From contig CAWJPJ010000008.1 of assembly GCA_963844715.1 (NCBI GenBank), positions 64,001 to 128,000 on the forward strand: a stretch of DNA of 64,000 nt, read 5' to 3'. Source of the stretch: an uncultured Phycisphaerales bacterium. GTDB taxonomy: Bacteria > Planctomycetota > Phycisphaerae > Tepidisphaerales > Tepidisphaeraceae. Under the pieces are notes generated by a model, which was given only the letters and a program-made list of their open reading frames with translations, did not search any database and was not told the origin of the DNA. Positions 20,622-31,696 of this stretch are shown here, in pieces. The translations under genes were made by a program, and so were the position numbers. Position 1 is the first letter of the stretch; every line of letters starts with the position of its first letter.

Positions 20622-21643
20622 CTACCCGCCGGTTTCTATGGCCCTAAGCGGCTTCGTCGTCGCCTTATCACTAGGCGTATTGCTCAAAATCGTCACCGTC
20701 CCATCCCGCGTCTTCTCAAAACTATGCACAACATTCCCATCCTTGTCATAAAACGAAACGGTCAGCTTGTCCGGCGTAAACAGCAGGTTCCCAAACCCAA
20801 GAATGGATCTCGAAAACGGCCCGCGGTTATCCCGGCGCATCACTCCCAATTTCTTTCCGCCGCCGCCCACGAGGACGAAGCTGGTGTGCCAGCCCGGGAC
20901 TTCAAGATGTTGCAGGTCGTGGTCGTGCCCGCAGAGGTAGACGTCGAGGTTGTATTTCTTAAAGATTGCGCCCCAGGTGGTCATAAGGACGCCGTTGTCG
21001 CCATGGCTGCCGTTGCTGAAGATGGGGTGGTGCGCCATGGCGATGGTCCAGACCCCGTCGTGCGGCTTGCTCAGCTCGCCCTCCAGCCACTGCATTTGAG
21101 CGGCCCACTGGTCCGGCGGTATGGAATCCTTGTTGCTATCCAGAACGAACAGGCTGACAAGCGGATGATCCGCCGGGAAATCGACGCGATACCAGTGCGC
21201 GGGGAGCTTCCATCTCGATTCGGGATGGACGACCGAATATTGAAGCTCGATATCGGCCTTTGATTCCGGATAATCGTGATTGCCGAGGCTCACGTAAAAT
21301 GGGAAATTCATGCGCTTGGGGTCGTACATCGTCTCGAAGAGATTTTGCCAGACCGGGTCATCCACGCCGGAGACCTTCACATAAAAGTTATCGCCGGCCA
21401 GGAGCATGGCCGTAACCGGCGTGGCTTGCTTCGAGACGACGTTCTCCAAATCGGATGCGACCGCGCGCTGGCCGGCACCCCCTCACCCCAATCGCCCATG
21501 GCAAAGAAATTAACAGTCGGCTGCGTCGCCGGTTGCGTCGTGGGTTGCGTAGCAGGGGGTGCATCCGCTTCGACGCGAGGAACGAAGAGAAGGCCCAGCA
21601 GAAGCAGCGGAAAAATAGCGCGGCGGAAAATCATCAGCGACAT
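20622..21643 (-). CDS. Secreted purple/tartrate-resistant acid phosphatase-like metallophosphoesterase (frameshift near 21470)
   Basis: GDWG, GDNFY, GNHD, HHP, GHDH; signal peptide and TQPTTQP linker. Confidence 0.88.
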
Positions 21644-21691
21644 GATAGGGAAATAACCAAAAAGTGTTAACTCCGCGCTTGGGGAAGGTCG

Positions 21692-23224
21692 TCAGCGGAG
21701 GTCATACAACTCGGCTGCGCCGCCAGTGTAATCGTGGCTGTCGATCAGCTTGCCGTGACTGGCCAGGATTTGCTCATAGATCGGGCGTTCGCGGAGCGGG
21801 TCCATCGAGAAGACGATCCAGACGCGCGGTTTGCCGAAAAATTCCTCGAGGTCCTGCGTATACGCCGGTGTTCGGGCTGCCGAATCGTCCTTCCAAACGC
21901 CGCTAACCGGCTGCGAGCCCGGAATCGCCAGGCCCGGCTGAGTATCAAGATAATATCGCCCAAGCACATCCGAGCCCCATGGCAGATAAAGCGCATCGCC
22001 CGGCTGCCAATTCGATTTCACATACGCGATCGCCGGCTTCACGTCGTACCAGATCGGCCGATGGATTGAGTATTTCGTCTCCAAATAGACGGGATAGATA
22101 AAGAAGACGATCGTCAGAACAAGCCGAGCGGGAATCGTCGGCGTCGAGACGATCGCCATGACCAGAGGCAAAATGAACAGCGGCAACGCAAAGAGAATTA
22201 GTCGGTCGCCGAAGGGATATCGATGCAGGCCCGAGGCGAACAGTGTCAGCACCAGTGCGCCGAAAATCAGCCGGAATAATCGGCTTTGCCGAAAGAGTAA
22301 TATCGCGCACCCGACGACGAACATCGCCGCGGCCAGCCACAGTATCCATGAAAAATGAGGATTCCCTCCCGGCGCGACCGCGACGGGGAATTCAAACGCC
22401 GTTCGCAGCGTCTTGGGATACCAGACAAGTTGCTCAGCCGAATGGGGAACCAGCGGGGCGAAGGAATTTTGATTCTCCCAATAGTCGGTGAGATACGCGC
22501 TGCTGGTGTAGAAGCGCGAGATAGCGACGTAGTTGATACCGAAGCTGATGAGCCACGCCGCGCCGGCGATGAGGATCGCTTTGAGCATCGGCCACTGTTT
22601 GGCGAAAAGATATTCCCACGGCAGGGCGAAGCCGACCCCGCCGAGGACGAAGAGGATCGGATGGGAGAACCAGATGAGCATCGTGCCGACGACGCCCAGG
22701 CGGATTAGTCCCCGGCGCGACTGGATACCCAGGGCAAGAATCATCACGACGATCGTCCACAAAACATCCGTGGAATATTGCTTCCCCTCGAACGAATACC
22801 GCACGGCCGGTTCGGAAAAGGCGAGAAAGGCAAGCGCCACAAGCGCTCCGGGCGGCGGAAGGACAACTTTGGCAAGTCGATAAAAGAGCGGCAGGGCGAT
22901 TATGCCGGCGATCAGAGGAACAACGCGCATCGCCTGTTCGTTCGGCCCAAATAGCAAGGTGGCCGTCTTCTGCATGAGCAGGAAACCCACGGGAGACGCC
23001 TGGTCGCTTACCAGCGGGCGGAACAACCCGGCGAAAGATCGCGTGAGAATGTTGTAGTCGAGCACCGCCTCGGAATGCATGACGCCGCGCGGCTGCACGA
23101 ACCGCCAGATGCGCAGAGCCGCGCCAATGACAATTATCGCCCAGCCCAGCGCGGGGCGTGACATGAACTGCCACGCTCTGGCGTAAAGGGGCGACTTGGC
23201 GGAAATCGTTTCAGTCGCGGTCAT
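21692..23224 (-). CDS. GT-C fold (GT39/PMT-like) membrane glycosyltransferase
   Basis: Many TM segments, SEA...DQASPVGF, EGKQYSTD, YPFGDRL. Confidence 0.7.
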   Translation of the reverse strand: MTATETISAKSPLYARAWQFMSRPALGWAIIVIGAALRIWRFVQPRGVMHSEAVLDYNILTRSFAGLFRPLVSDQASPVGFLLMQKTATLLFGPNEQAMRVVPLIAGIIALPLFYRLAKVVLPPPGALVALAFLAFSEPAVRYSFEGKQYSTDVLWTIVVMILALGIQSRRGLIRLGVVGTMLIWFSHPILFVLGGVGFALPWEYLFAKQWPMLKAILIAGAAWLISFGINYVAISRFYTSSAYLTDYWENQNSFAPLVPHSAEQLVWYPKTLRTAFEFPVAVAPGGNPHFSWILWLAAAMFVVGCAILLFRQSRLFRLIFGALVLTLFASGLHRYPFGDRLILFALPLFILPLVMAIVSTPTIPARLVLTIVFFIYPVYLETKYSIHRPIWYDVKPAIAYVKSNWQPGDALYLPWGSDVLGRYYLDTQPGLAIPGSQPVSGVWKDDSAARTPAYTQDLEEFFGKPRVWIVFSMDPLRERPIYEQILASHGKLIDSHDYTGGAAELYDLR

Positions 23225-23353
23225 GTCGGAAAGATCGGCAGGATAATCCGTGTCATACAAAAATAACCCGTCGCCTCCACCCAACACGAATACCCACGAT
23301 TGATCGTAACGCTTATACCGCGGGAACGACGAATCCGCGCCGGCAGGGTTCCG

Positions 23354-24922
23354 TTAATGCGCTAAAACTCCCGCGGCGGCAGCGGCGTTGTTGATCTCAT
23401 GTGCGTCGGTGCTCACGACCTGATTGCCGTCGCGATTCTCGATGATTTTCTGCATAAGCTCGTCAAACGAGGCAAATCCGAGTTTCTGCGCGTAGGTGGT
23501 GACGTTCCAAAGATTGTTCGCCGGGACCGGCGTGATCGATCCGTAAATAATCGGAGGCGGGGCCGGCGGGCGCTGGGTTTGGATGGCGTCGGTCTGTGGC
23601 CGCAGAATCCAACCGGGGCCTTGAAAAACGTGGTCAAGCCTCGCCTCGGTCGCGACGATCGGATCCTGGCGGTTCGTGCTCTTGGTGTCAATGCGGATCA
23701 CATTCGCGGCGCTGGGCATGTTAACCATCGCGACGTTCCGAAAGGTGACCGTCCGGCAGGTAATCGACTGCAACCCGCCGCCGGCGAGATCATTGTTCGG
23801 AGCCAGCGGCGCCCAGCTATATCCCCCGGCGTCGACGATCACGCGATCAAAAATATTTCCGGCCATATCGGCCGCCGCGTCGTTTCCAGCCAGAAAACAT
23901 GAGTACGGGTTCCCGACGAACGCACAGTCCTCGACCGACCCGCCAATGCGCCCCTCGCATCCCCACGCGGCCGCCGCAACGGACAGCACATTCTTCAGCC
24001 GCACGTTTCGCGGCGACGGCTCGTTGATGTGGTCCTCCCCGATGTAGATGTTGTGCCGCATGAAGTTCGGCGGATAACCCCCCCAGCCGTCCGTCGGCTC
24101 CATCCACCCGCCATGATAAAAAACACAATTCTCGACCAGCAGATCATGCACGGCATAGGCGTACATTTGATAATTCTGCCCGTAACATCGCGCGAACGTG
24201 CAGCGATTGACGACAAACGTCATGAACGCCACCGCCGGCCTGCTGAGTTCCTGCGCCTCGATTCCCGCCCGGCAGAATCGGAAGCGGCAATCCTCGATGC
24301 AAACGTGATTTCCGCCCGGCGAGCCGTCCACCATTCCAATCGCCGTGAAGCGCACCGAAGGCTGCCCCGTCACCGACGGATCCCCCTGCGGATCGTAAAA
24401 ATCCAGATGCTGGATGACGACATTTTCCGTGAACGTATCGGCGCCGCGCGGGCCCTTGATTCCCAAACTGCATTCCAGAACCGGCCGCGGCTGGGTCGCC
24501 GAAACGCCCAGCGCCGCCACAATCGCCGGACGGTCCGGGGTGCCGTTGATGTCAAAATTCGTATTGATCTGCCGAGACGTATAGACGCTTGCGCACTGCC
24601 CCGTGACGGGATCAACCACAAAATTGGGATTGTCCTCATCGTAGGCGCGAATCAAAATCGTGTTTGTCCCGGCGCGGCGGGCTCGCTCCAGGGCGGTGCG
24701 AAGATCGGGAGCATCACGCGGCTGGCAGCCGAGAATGATCGGATTCCCCGGAATCGGGAAATCGTGGCAGCCGTACTCGTCCGTGGGGAATTGCGAGAGC
24801 CACTTATCGCTCTCGTAAAATTTGTCCGGCCAGCCGGGGAGATTGACTTGCGCTTGCCCCAACGCCGCGGCGCACAAATAACCAAGCGCGACGACGGGAA
24901 TCAAAATCCTGGCTCGATTCAA
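23354..24922 (-). CDS. Secreted protein with predicted right-handed beta-helix
   Basis: 522 aa, signal-like N-terminus, repeated IEDCRF/VENCVF/VEDCAF, HNIYI. Confidence 0.7.
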   Translation of the reverse strand: MNRARILIPVVALGYLCAAALGQAQVNLPGWPDKFYESDKWLSQFPTDEYGCHDFPIPGNPIILGCQPRDAPDLRTALERARRAGTNTILIRAYDEDNPNFVVDPVTGQCASVYTSRQINTNFDINGTPDRPAIVAALGVSATQPRPVLECSLGIKGPRGADTFTENVVIQHLDFYDPQGDPSVTGQPSVRFTAIGMVDGSPGGNHVCIEDCRFRFCRAGIEAQELSRPAVAFMTFVVNRCTFARCYGQNYQMYAYAVHDLLVENCVFYHGGWMEPTDGWGGYPPNFMRHNIYIGEDHINEPSPRNVRLKNVLSVAAAAWGCEGRIGGSVEDCAFVGNPYSCFLAGNDAAADMAGNIFDRVIVDAGGYSWAPLAPNNDLAGGGLQSITCRTVTFRNVAMVNMPSAANVIRIDTKSTNRQDPIVATEARLDHVFQGPGWILRPQTDAIQTQRPPAPPPIIYGSITPVPANNLWNVTTYAQKLGFASFDELMQKIIENRDGNQVVSTDAHEINNAAAAAGVLAH

Positions 24923-24986
24923 GCTGGGTCACTCTCCAGAAACCGTCTCGATGATACACGATGGGCGGCGGGATAATACACTGCGC

Positions 24987-25024
24987 AAAAAAAACGGAGG
25001 GCGGCCCTTTCGAGCCGCCCTCCG
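24987..25024 (-). terminator. Rho-independent terminator
   Basis: cggagggcggc...gccgccctccg with A8 on plus (U-tract on minus). Confidence 0.8.
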
Positions 25025-25041
25025 CCGTTGGGGCGATCACG

Positions 25042-27117
25042 CTAGCTCGTCGCCAGCGGCAAATTCGCGCCGGCGGTAAGTCCGTTGACAGAGACCATGT
25101 ATGTGCTCGTAAGCGTGACGTTTTCGTAGACATCGCCCGTGGGCACCCCGGTGGCGGCCCATTCCGCGGGAGTCAGATACCCGCTTTGCACGCCGCCCTT
25201 GGCGTTGACGTAGAAGTATCCGCCCTGCGCCCATCCAGACGGGGACGGAATGGCCCAGACGTTGTCACTGATGGTGCCGAACATATCCAGATTGTTCGCG
25301 TCGACGCTGATGATTCCCTGACCCTCGCCGGTTTGCAGTTTCGGCGCGACCAGGAGGTTGTCTTCCACGTTGACGTTTTGCGCAATCCCGTTGCTGACGG
25401 TGAGGAATCCGCCGTAGGTCGAGGTATCGACAACCGTGTTGTGGATGAGATAGACGTCGCTCACGTTCCAGTTGAACGGCGCGCCTTCCTGGGCGTCGAT
25501 GGTGATGGACTTCCCGTCCAGCGTGAACGCGTTGTCGCGCACCATGATTTGATGCGAACCCGGCGTAATCTGCAGGAACGTGTTGGACACGTTGTCTTCG
25601 AACACCACGTCGTTGACCGACGCATCGGTCGTCGCGCCCGGCGAACCGATCGGCCCGACGCCCATGCCGCCGTTCTCGATCTGGTTGGCGTAGATATATT
25701 CGTACGTCCCAAGCTGGATCGTGATGTCGACCTTCTGATTGTTGTTCAGCGTATTGTCCGCCACGAGCAATCCGTTGGCCCCGCCGCGGATCAGGCTTTC
25801 GCCCATTCCGGTGTTGACGTTGTTGCCGATGACCGAAATGTTTTGTCCCTGGATGAACGTGAAATAAGCGCTTAGCCCGGTCGCGCTGGGGGAGGAGTTC
25901 CCCTGCACCAGCACGTTATCCGGGTTGCTGTTCATGTTCATCGCGTTCAGGACGTTGACGAACGTGTTATCAAGAATGGTGATCTGGTTTCCGGCGATGA
26001 AGAAGCCGGACGGAATCGTTTGGGCGTCGTTGTTATCCGCGTAAATCGTGCTGAGAGTCAGCCCCTGCACGGTGAATCCCTGGGTCGTGTTCGACATCCC
26101 GATGATCGCGCCCTGGGTGCCGCTGGGCCCGGTGTATTCCAGGATAGGCTGCGCGCCCGATCCGTAAGCGCCGAAATAGACGTTCTGCAACCCGGCGGCG
26201 GTCAGTTCGCTCGTGGCCGTCAAATCCCACGTCCCGCCGCTCTGGAACAGCACGCGCGTATTGCTCTTCAGCAGCTGCATCACGCGCGTGATGCTCTGAA
26301 TCGGATCGCTCGCGGACGTCCCGTCGTTGGCGTCGTTGCCGGTGTTGGAAACATAGATCGTCGCGCGGTTGTCCTGCATGACGCTGACGTCCTGCGTGGC
26401 CGTGCTGGTCTGGCCGTCCGAATTGGTGAGTGTCAGCGTGATCGTGTAATTGCCCGGCGTGGTGTACACGTGCCCGGCGGTGAAGCCGTCCAAGTTATTG
26501 TATTGCGAAGTCGGGTCTCCGAAATTCCACGTAACCGTGTCATTGATCGCGGCATCCGCGCCCGGCCCGAAATCCGAATTCGTCGCCGAAACGTTCAGCA
26601 TCTGCTCCGGATAGACGGTTCCGCTGGTGGTGAGGGTAATCACCGCCTGCGTCCCATCGGCGGCCTTGTTGCCGGTGGGATCACTGCTGGGCGGCTGCGT
26701 GGGGGCCGATTTCACGACAATCGGCGGCGTTTCCACCGGCGTTGTCTGGACCGTCGTCGCGGTCGTGGGCTTGAATGTCTCGGACGAGCCGGGCTTCATC
26801 ATATGGATGGAGCCGTCGGCGGCGACCACTTCAACATTGCCGGAAATCAGCGGCGAAACGTTAACCGTGTCGGTTTTGTCGCCCAGATCGACGACGATTT
26901 TGTTGATGCTCGGCGCGTTCTGCACCTCGCCGGTGTTGTCCGCCATGCCAAAGACGCGATTGTCCGTGGCGGTGCGCACATAGAAGGTGTTGTCCGCGCT
27001 GGTGTCGCCTTTAAGAGTGAGCGTTCCGCCGGCGAAAATCACCGCGGACATGAGGCGACGATCCTCAAGAGCTTCCCATCCCGCTTTTGAAATTGCTTTC
27101 TGGTTACGGCGTTTCAT
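25042..27117 (-). CDS. Planctomycete extracellular protein with PKD domain and beta-helix
   Basis: EALEDRRLMS, WNFGDP...HVYTTPGNYTITLT, YVSNTGNDANDG. Confidence 0.85.
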   Translation of the reverse strand: MKRRNQKAISKAGWEALEDRRLMSAVIFAGGTLTLKGDTSADNTFYVRTATDNRVFGMADNTGEVQNAPSINKIVVDLGDKTDTVNVSPLISGNVEVVAADGSIHMMKPGSSETFKPTTATTVQTTPVETPPIVVKSAPTQPPSSDPTGNKAADGTQAVITLTTSGTVYPEQMLNVSATNSDFGPGADAAINDTVTWNFGDPTSQYNNLDGFTAGHVYTTPGNYTITLTLTNSDGQTSTATQDVSVMQDNRATIYVSNTGNDANDGTSASDPIQSITRVMQLLKSNTRVLFQSGGTWDLTATSELTAAGLQNVYFGAYGSGAQPILEYTGPSGTQGAIIGMSNTTQGFTVQGLTLSTIYADNNDAQTIPSGFFIAGNQITILDNTFVNVLNAMNMNSNPDNVLVQGNSSPSATGLSAYFTFIQGQNISVIGNNVNTGMGESLIRGGANGLLVADNTLNNNQKVDITIQLGTYEYIYANQIENGGMGVGPIGSPGATTDASVNDVVFEDNVSNTFLQITPGSHQIMVRDNAFTLDGKSITIDAQEGAPFNWNVSDVYLIHNTVVDTSTYGGFLTVSNGIAQNVNVEDNLLVAPKLQTGEGQGIISVDANNLDMFGTISDNVWAIPSPSGWAQGGYFYVNAKGGVQSGYLTPAEWAATGVPTGDVYENVTLTSTYMVSVNGLTAGANLPLATS

Positions 27118-27279
27118 GTGATCCGCATCGACGCGGATTGCGGATCACTCCTCCACAGGATTAGGTAAAAGCGCGGCGGACTAGAAAATTGCCGCCGTCA
27201 AAAGTCGGCCGGACGGCGCACGCGCACCATCTTCACGTCCTATTAGAAAAGTTCGGTTTATAGCGGCGCGTTTAACCGG

Positions 27280-28797
27280 CTAATGACGGAGATCATAGCA
27301 AGCGACGAATTCGCCGTACGGATCGTCCTTGCAGCCCTCGCGGCCCATGCCGCTTAAGATGCGCAGGGCCATCTGCTCGTCGTTTACGCCCCCATGATCG
27401 CTCGGGTCCTCGAAGAACACCCACAGGCGCTTGCCCGCGAACGGCGCCAGTTCTTTTTCCCACCCGGCCCAATCGCCGGGCGCGGTTTGCTCCGGTTGAA
27501 ATGTAATGTCTGTAAGGCCCATGCGCTCTTTGTAGTACTCCAGCGCATACTGACAAAACGGATAAACGTAATAAACATCCCCCGGCCGGCGATTCGCCGC
27601 GACGAACGCCAGGGCGTCGCGCATTTCGTGCAATTTGGGCGGATGGCGGGCGTAATCGGCCGTCGTCGTGACCGGCGAAATCACCAGCAGAATCAGGGCT
27701 AAAACGCCTCCCCAGCGCTGCGGGGCGGGGGCGCTCCAAAGCAGATCGATCCCCGTCCCAATCCCCGCCGCCAGGAGCGGCGTGAGGAAGAGAATCATGC
27801 GGCTCTTGAATGGAAATTTATGCAATACAGATGCGGCCAGGGCAAATAAAATCGGCAGCACAAGGACCGCGAAAATGCGCCGGTCGCCGCGCCACCAGGT
27901 GATGAGTCCCAATATGTAAGCCAGCGCCGCCAATCCGGAAAACGCCAGGGCAAGCGGGTCCTCGAACACATCGAAGAATGTTTTCTTGTACCAGATGAAC
28001 GCCCCCCCGGATTTCGGAAACGGCGCAAACGCCCCGGCCGCCGACCAGAACGCCTGCATGAACGGATGGTGGCTCAAACGATGCAGCACGAAAATATAGT
28101 TGATGGCGAAACTGAGGACCCATGCCCCGAAGATGATGGACAGTTCCCTCGTATGCCTTGGAGAGGAAAGGAAACATTCCCACGCGCCGACCATGCCGAT
28201 CGCCGCCAGCACGAAGATCGCCGGATGGGAAAACCAAACCGCCAGCCGCCGCCGCGGATAGAATTGCGATTCGCAATGATGAAAATGAGGGGTTGTTCGT
28301 GCGGTGCCAAATCCACCGGCGCGTGACCAGGAGCATGGCAACGGCCACCAGGACGTCCGTCGAATATTGCTTCGTCTGCGAGGCGTAAAAGTATTGCTTG
28401 GCCGAGAGCGCGATGATCGCCAGGGCGATGAGCCCCGCGCGCGGGTCAAAATCGCCCGGCAAAGTCTCCAGAAAAGAATCAGCGCAATGATGGAAGCGAT
28501 CAGCGGAAAAAACCGCAGCGCCTTTTCCCCCGACCCGGCGAAATGCACGACCCCGCGCTGAACCAGCAAAAACCCGATCGGCGCCGCCTGGTCGTTATCA
28601 AGCTGTTTAAAAATCGCGAAGAACCCGCGATGGATAATGTTATACGCCAGCGCCGCCTCGTCGCGTTCCAGCGACCGATTTCCCAAATAAACGCGAATCC
28701 GCACCGCGATTCCGACGGCAAGCAGCCCCCAGCCGATCAGGCGGCTTTTCCATGCCGCCCGAGCGAAATCTCCGGTTATAGGGCTGGTCTGGCTCAT
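27280..28797 (-). CDS. GT-C membrane glycosyltransferase, paralog of 21692-23224 (compensating frameshifts)
   Basis: RDEAALAYNI, DQAAPIGF, QTKQYSTD, WFSHP, FPFKSR. Confidence 0.7.
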   Translation of the reverse strand: MSQTSPITGDFARAAWKSRLIGWGLLAVGIAVRIRVYLGNRSLERDEAALAYNIIHRGFFAIFKQLDNDQAAPIGFLLVQRGVVHFAGSGEKALRFFPLIASIIALILFWRLCRAILTRARGSSPWRSSRSRPSNTFTPRRRSNIRRTSWWPLPCSWSRAGGFGTARTTPHFHHCESQFYPRRRLAVWFSHPAIFVLAAIGMVGAWECFLSSPRHTRELSIIFGAWVLSFAINYIFVLHRLSHHPFMQAFWSAAGAFAPFPKSGGAFIWYKKTFFDVFEDPLALAFSGLAALAYILGLITWWRGDRRIFAVLVLPILFALAASVLHKFPFKSRMILFLTPLLAAGIGTGIDLLWSAPAPQRWGGVLALILLVISPVTTTADYARHPPKLHEMRDALAFVAANRRPGDVYYVYPFCQYALEYYKERMGLTDITFQPEQTAPGDWAGWEKELAPFAGKRLWVFFEDPSDHGGVNDEQMALRILSGMGREGCKDDPYGEFVACYDLRH

Positions 28798-28863
28798 CAA
28801 AAGGTATCGGCTTGGGCTTGAATCGCACTTGAAATCCCGGCCGAATGCCGCCAAGCTGTTCGC

Positions 28864-29270
28864 ATGGTCGAAATCCAAATCGCTTACGAGGGTGATCTTC
28901 GCTGCACCCGCGCCACGTTCCCAGCGGCACGACCTTTCACACCGATGCGCCCGTCGACAACATGGGCAAGGGCGAATCCTTTTCCCCCACCGATCTGGTC
29001 GCGACCGCCCTGGGTACGTGCATGCTCACCATCATGGGAATCGCCGCCAATCGCATGAAGGTCGATCTCACCGGCACGCGCGTGAGGGTCACCAAGGAAA
29101 TGACCACCACCGGCCCGCGCCGCATTGCCCGGCTCGGCGTGACGTTCGATATCCCCACCAAACTCTCCGCCGAGCAGAAGCAGCAATTGGAAGCTGCCGC
29201 CAATGCCTGTCCCGTTTGCAAGAGCATCCATCCCGACGTGGAAAGACCGATCACATTCAACTGGGCATAG
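28864..29270 (+). CDS. OsmC family protein (frameshift near 28910)
   Basis: MVEIQIAYEGDLRC, GKGESFSPTDLVATALGTC, ACPV. Confidence 0.88.
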
Positions 29271-29730
29271 CCGTTAATTTTTCGCCGCGCGGCTGGGTGA
29301 GATTGCGAACCAGATAAACGGCGATCGCCACGTTGATCGCGAAGATCGTCAGCCTGATGGACGTGAATCGCCGGTAGATTTCAAACACTTCGATGGGAAT
29401 GAGCCCCGCTGTGGTCAGCACCGTCATCCATTCCGCCCAATGCTTCAGCAGCATCAATCCCACCCCTTCGGTCAGGAACATCGCGCGTATCGAGCGCGAA
29501 GACGATCGGAAGCAGTTTCAGTTCCCCATGCGACGAATAGACCTTGGCCAGCAGCTCCTGAACGTGCGGGTTTCCCGGCGAAACATGCAGCCGCAGCGCC
29601 CAGCGGATGATCACTTCGCCGATGTCTCGGTGCAGCAGCCTCAGCGCCGCGATGGCCGCCGCGCCAGAAGAACTCCCTTGAATAACTTGAATGCCCCAAT
29701 CAGCCGCAGAACGCTCGCATGGCGATTCAT
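29257..29730 (-). CDS. DUF2127-like membrane protein (frameshifted)
   Basis: LRLIGAFKLFKG; EGVGL..LKHWAEW..V.TT..LIPIEVFE. Confidence 0.75.
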
Positions 29731-29740
29731 TCCCCCGCAG

Positions 29741-30304
29741 TTATACCGGCGATTCCCGCCCAATGCGCGATACGTACTCGCGGAACCCCGCCGCCTGCTT
29801 CGCCAGGCGCAGATCGATCTCCGCGTCCATCAGCCGCCCGGCCGCATCCAACTTCGTATGAATCGCCGGTATGAAAACCCGATCCGGAAAAAGATGCGCT
29901 TTGCGATACGCGAAGATGTCCTGAAGATGCTCCACCGCGCGAAGCGAGCCGAACATTCCCGCCGATTCCCCCACAAACGCGACCGGTTTGTCCTGAAAAC
30001 TTTCCGGAAACTTCAGCATGTCGATGAAATATTTCAGCACGCCGGGGAACGACCCGTTGTATTCCGGGCAAACGATGTGCAACCCCGACGCTTCTAAAAT
30101 CCGATTTTGAAGGTTCACGATCGCCGGCGGCTTATTCTCGTAAGAGGTCGGCAGAAAAACCTCTGGAGGCAGTTCTTCCAGCGAGACCAATGAGACGGGG
30201 ATGCCCGCGGCGCGGTAATGGCCCTCGACGATTTGGGCGATTTTCAGGGCGCTGGAATTGGGACGATTGGTCCCGCTGATAATCAGAATGTTGGAATCGG
30301 CCAT
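29741..30304 (-). CDS. NADPH-dependent FMN reductase
   Basis: ISGTNRPNS, PEYNGSFPGVLKYFID. Confidence 0.9.
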   Translation of the reverse strand: MADSNILIISGTNRPNSSALKIAQIVEGHYRAAGIPVSLVSLEELPPEVFLPTSYENKPPAIVNLQNRILEASGLHIVCPEYNGSFPGVLKYFIDMLKFPESFQDKPVAFVGESAGMFGSLRAVEHLQDIFAYRKAHLFPDRVFIPAIHTKLDAAGRLMDAEIDLRLAKQAAGFREYVSRIGRESPV

Positions 30305-30314
30305 GTCCAGAATG

Positions 30315-31696
30315 TCACGCGACCACGCCGTTCATCGCGCTTCGGGCTTGCTCGTAAACGCCCAGGCAGGCCTTGGCGGCGTCCGCCCAGTTGAAGCGGC
30401 GGACTTCGAAGCTGCCGTGCTGGCGCAAGGTGCTCGCCAGCGGCGGATGCCGCAGCACGGCGATGATCTTGTTGGCCATTTCGTTGATGTCCCAGAAGTC
30501 CACCTTGAGGGCATGCGTGAGGACTTCCGAAACGCCGGATTGTTTGCTGATGATGACCGGGACGTCGTGGCTCATCGCCTCCAGCGGCGCGATCCCGAAC
30601 GGCTCAGATACGCTCGGCATGACGTACAAGTCCGCCATCTTGAAGACTTTTTCCACGTCGTTCCCGCGCAAGAACCCGGTGAAGAGCACCTTGTGCCCGA
30701 TCCCCATGCCGGCGGCCATCTCGATGGTGCGGCGGATCATGTCGCCCGAGCCGGCCATCACGAACTTCACATTGTCCATCACTTCCAGGACTTTCTTCGC
30801 CGCCGCCAGGAAGTATTCCGGCCCTTTCTGCATGGTGATGCGGCCCAGGAACAGGACAATCTTTTCGTCCTTGTGGATGTTGTACTTTTCCAGTTCGCCT
30901 CCGTTCCCGTTCGATTCGATGGCGTTGTAAACGACTTCCACCTTCGCCGGATCGACGCCGTAATGATGCGTGATCAGGTTCTTGGTGAGATAGCTTACCG
31001 CGATGATCTTCATCGCCCCGTGCATTCCGCGCCGTTCGATGTCGTAGATTTGCTGGTTTACGTTCACCCCCGACCGGTCGAATTCCGTGCTATGCACGTG
31101 CACGATGAGCGGCACGCCCTTGAGCGCCGCCACGGCCAATCCTGCGGGGAAAGTCATCCAGTCGTGCGCATGAACGATGTCGAAGGTCTCGTTGCGCGAA
31201 ATCTCGGCGGAGAGCATGGCGTAGCGCTGAATCTCCGAGAAAAGATCGCCCCCGTATTGCGATTTGACCGTGCCTTCGGCCCCGATGAATCCCGGTGTCG
31301 AGCCGGGCCGGGAAAGCTGCGTAATCGGTTCGGGCATGTCCGACAGGGTTACCGGGGTCGCCTTGAATTTTCTCGCCGATGCGCCGGCGCCGTTCCGCGG
31401 CGTATTGCGAGGGCGACTGATACGGATCGGTCAGCGCCGCGTCCACCGTGCGGAACGTCACATGATCAAACTCATCCAGGCGGAATTCCGTCGTCGGGGA
31501 CGCCAGCGGCGAACCGCGCGCGCGGGCTAACCAGGCGGACGTGCGTCGAAAACGGCGTCGCGACCGGCCGCGGCAGCACGAACATGATGTCCGTGCCGAT
31601 ACTGCTCATCGCCTTGGTAAGACCGTAGCAGGCCGTACCCAGACCCCCGCTGATGAACGGCGGGAACTCCCAACCCAACATAAAAACGCGCATCAT
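30315..31696 (-). CDS. GT4 glycosyltransferase (frameshifted in 5' part)
   Basis: MLGWEFPPFISGGLG, HAHDWMT, HSTEFDR, PSVSEPFGI. Confidence 0.9.
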
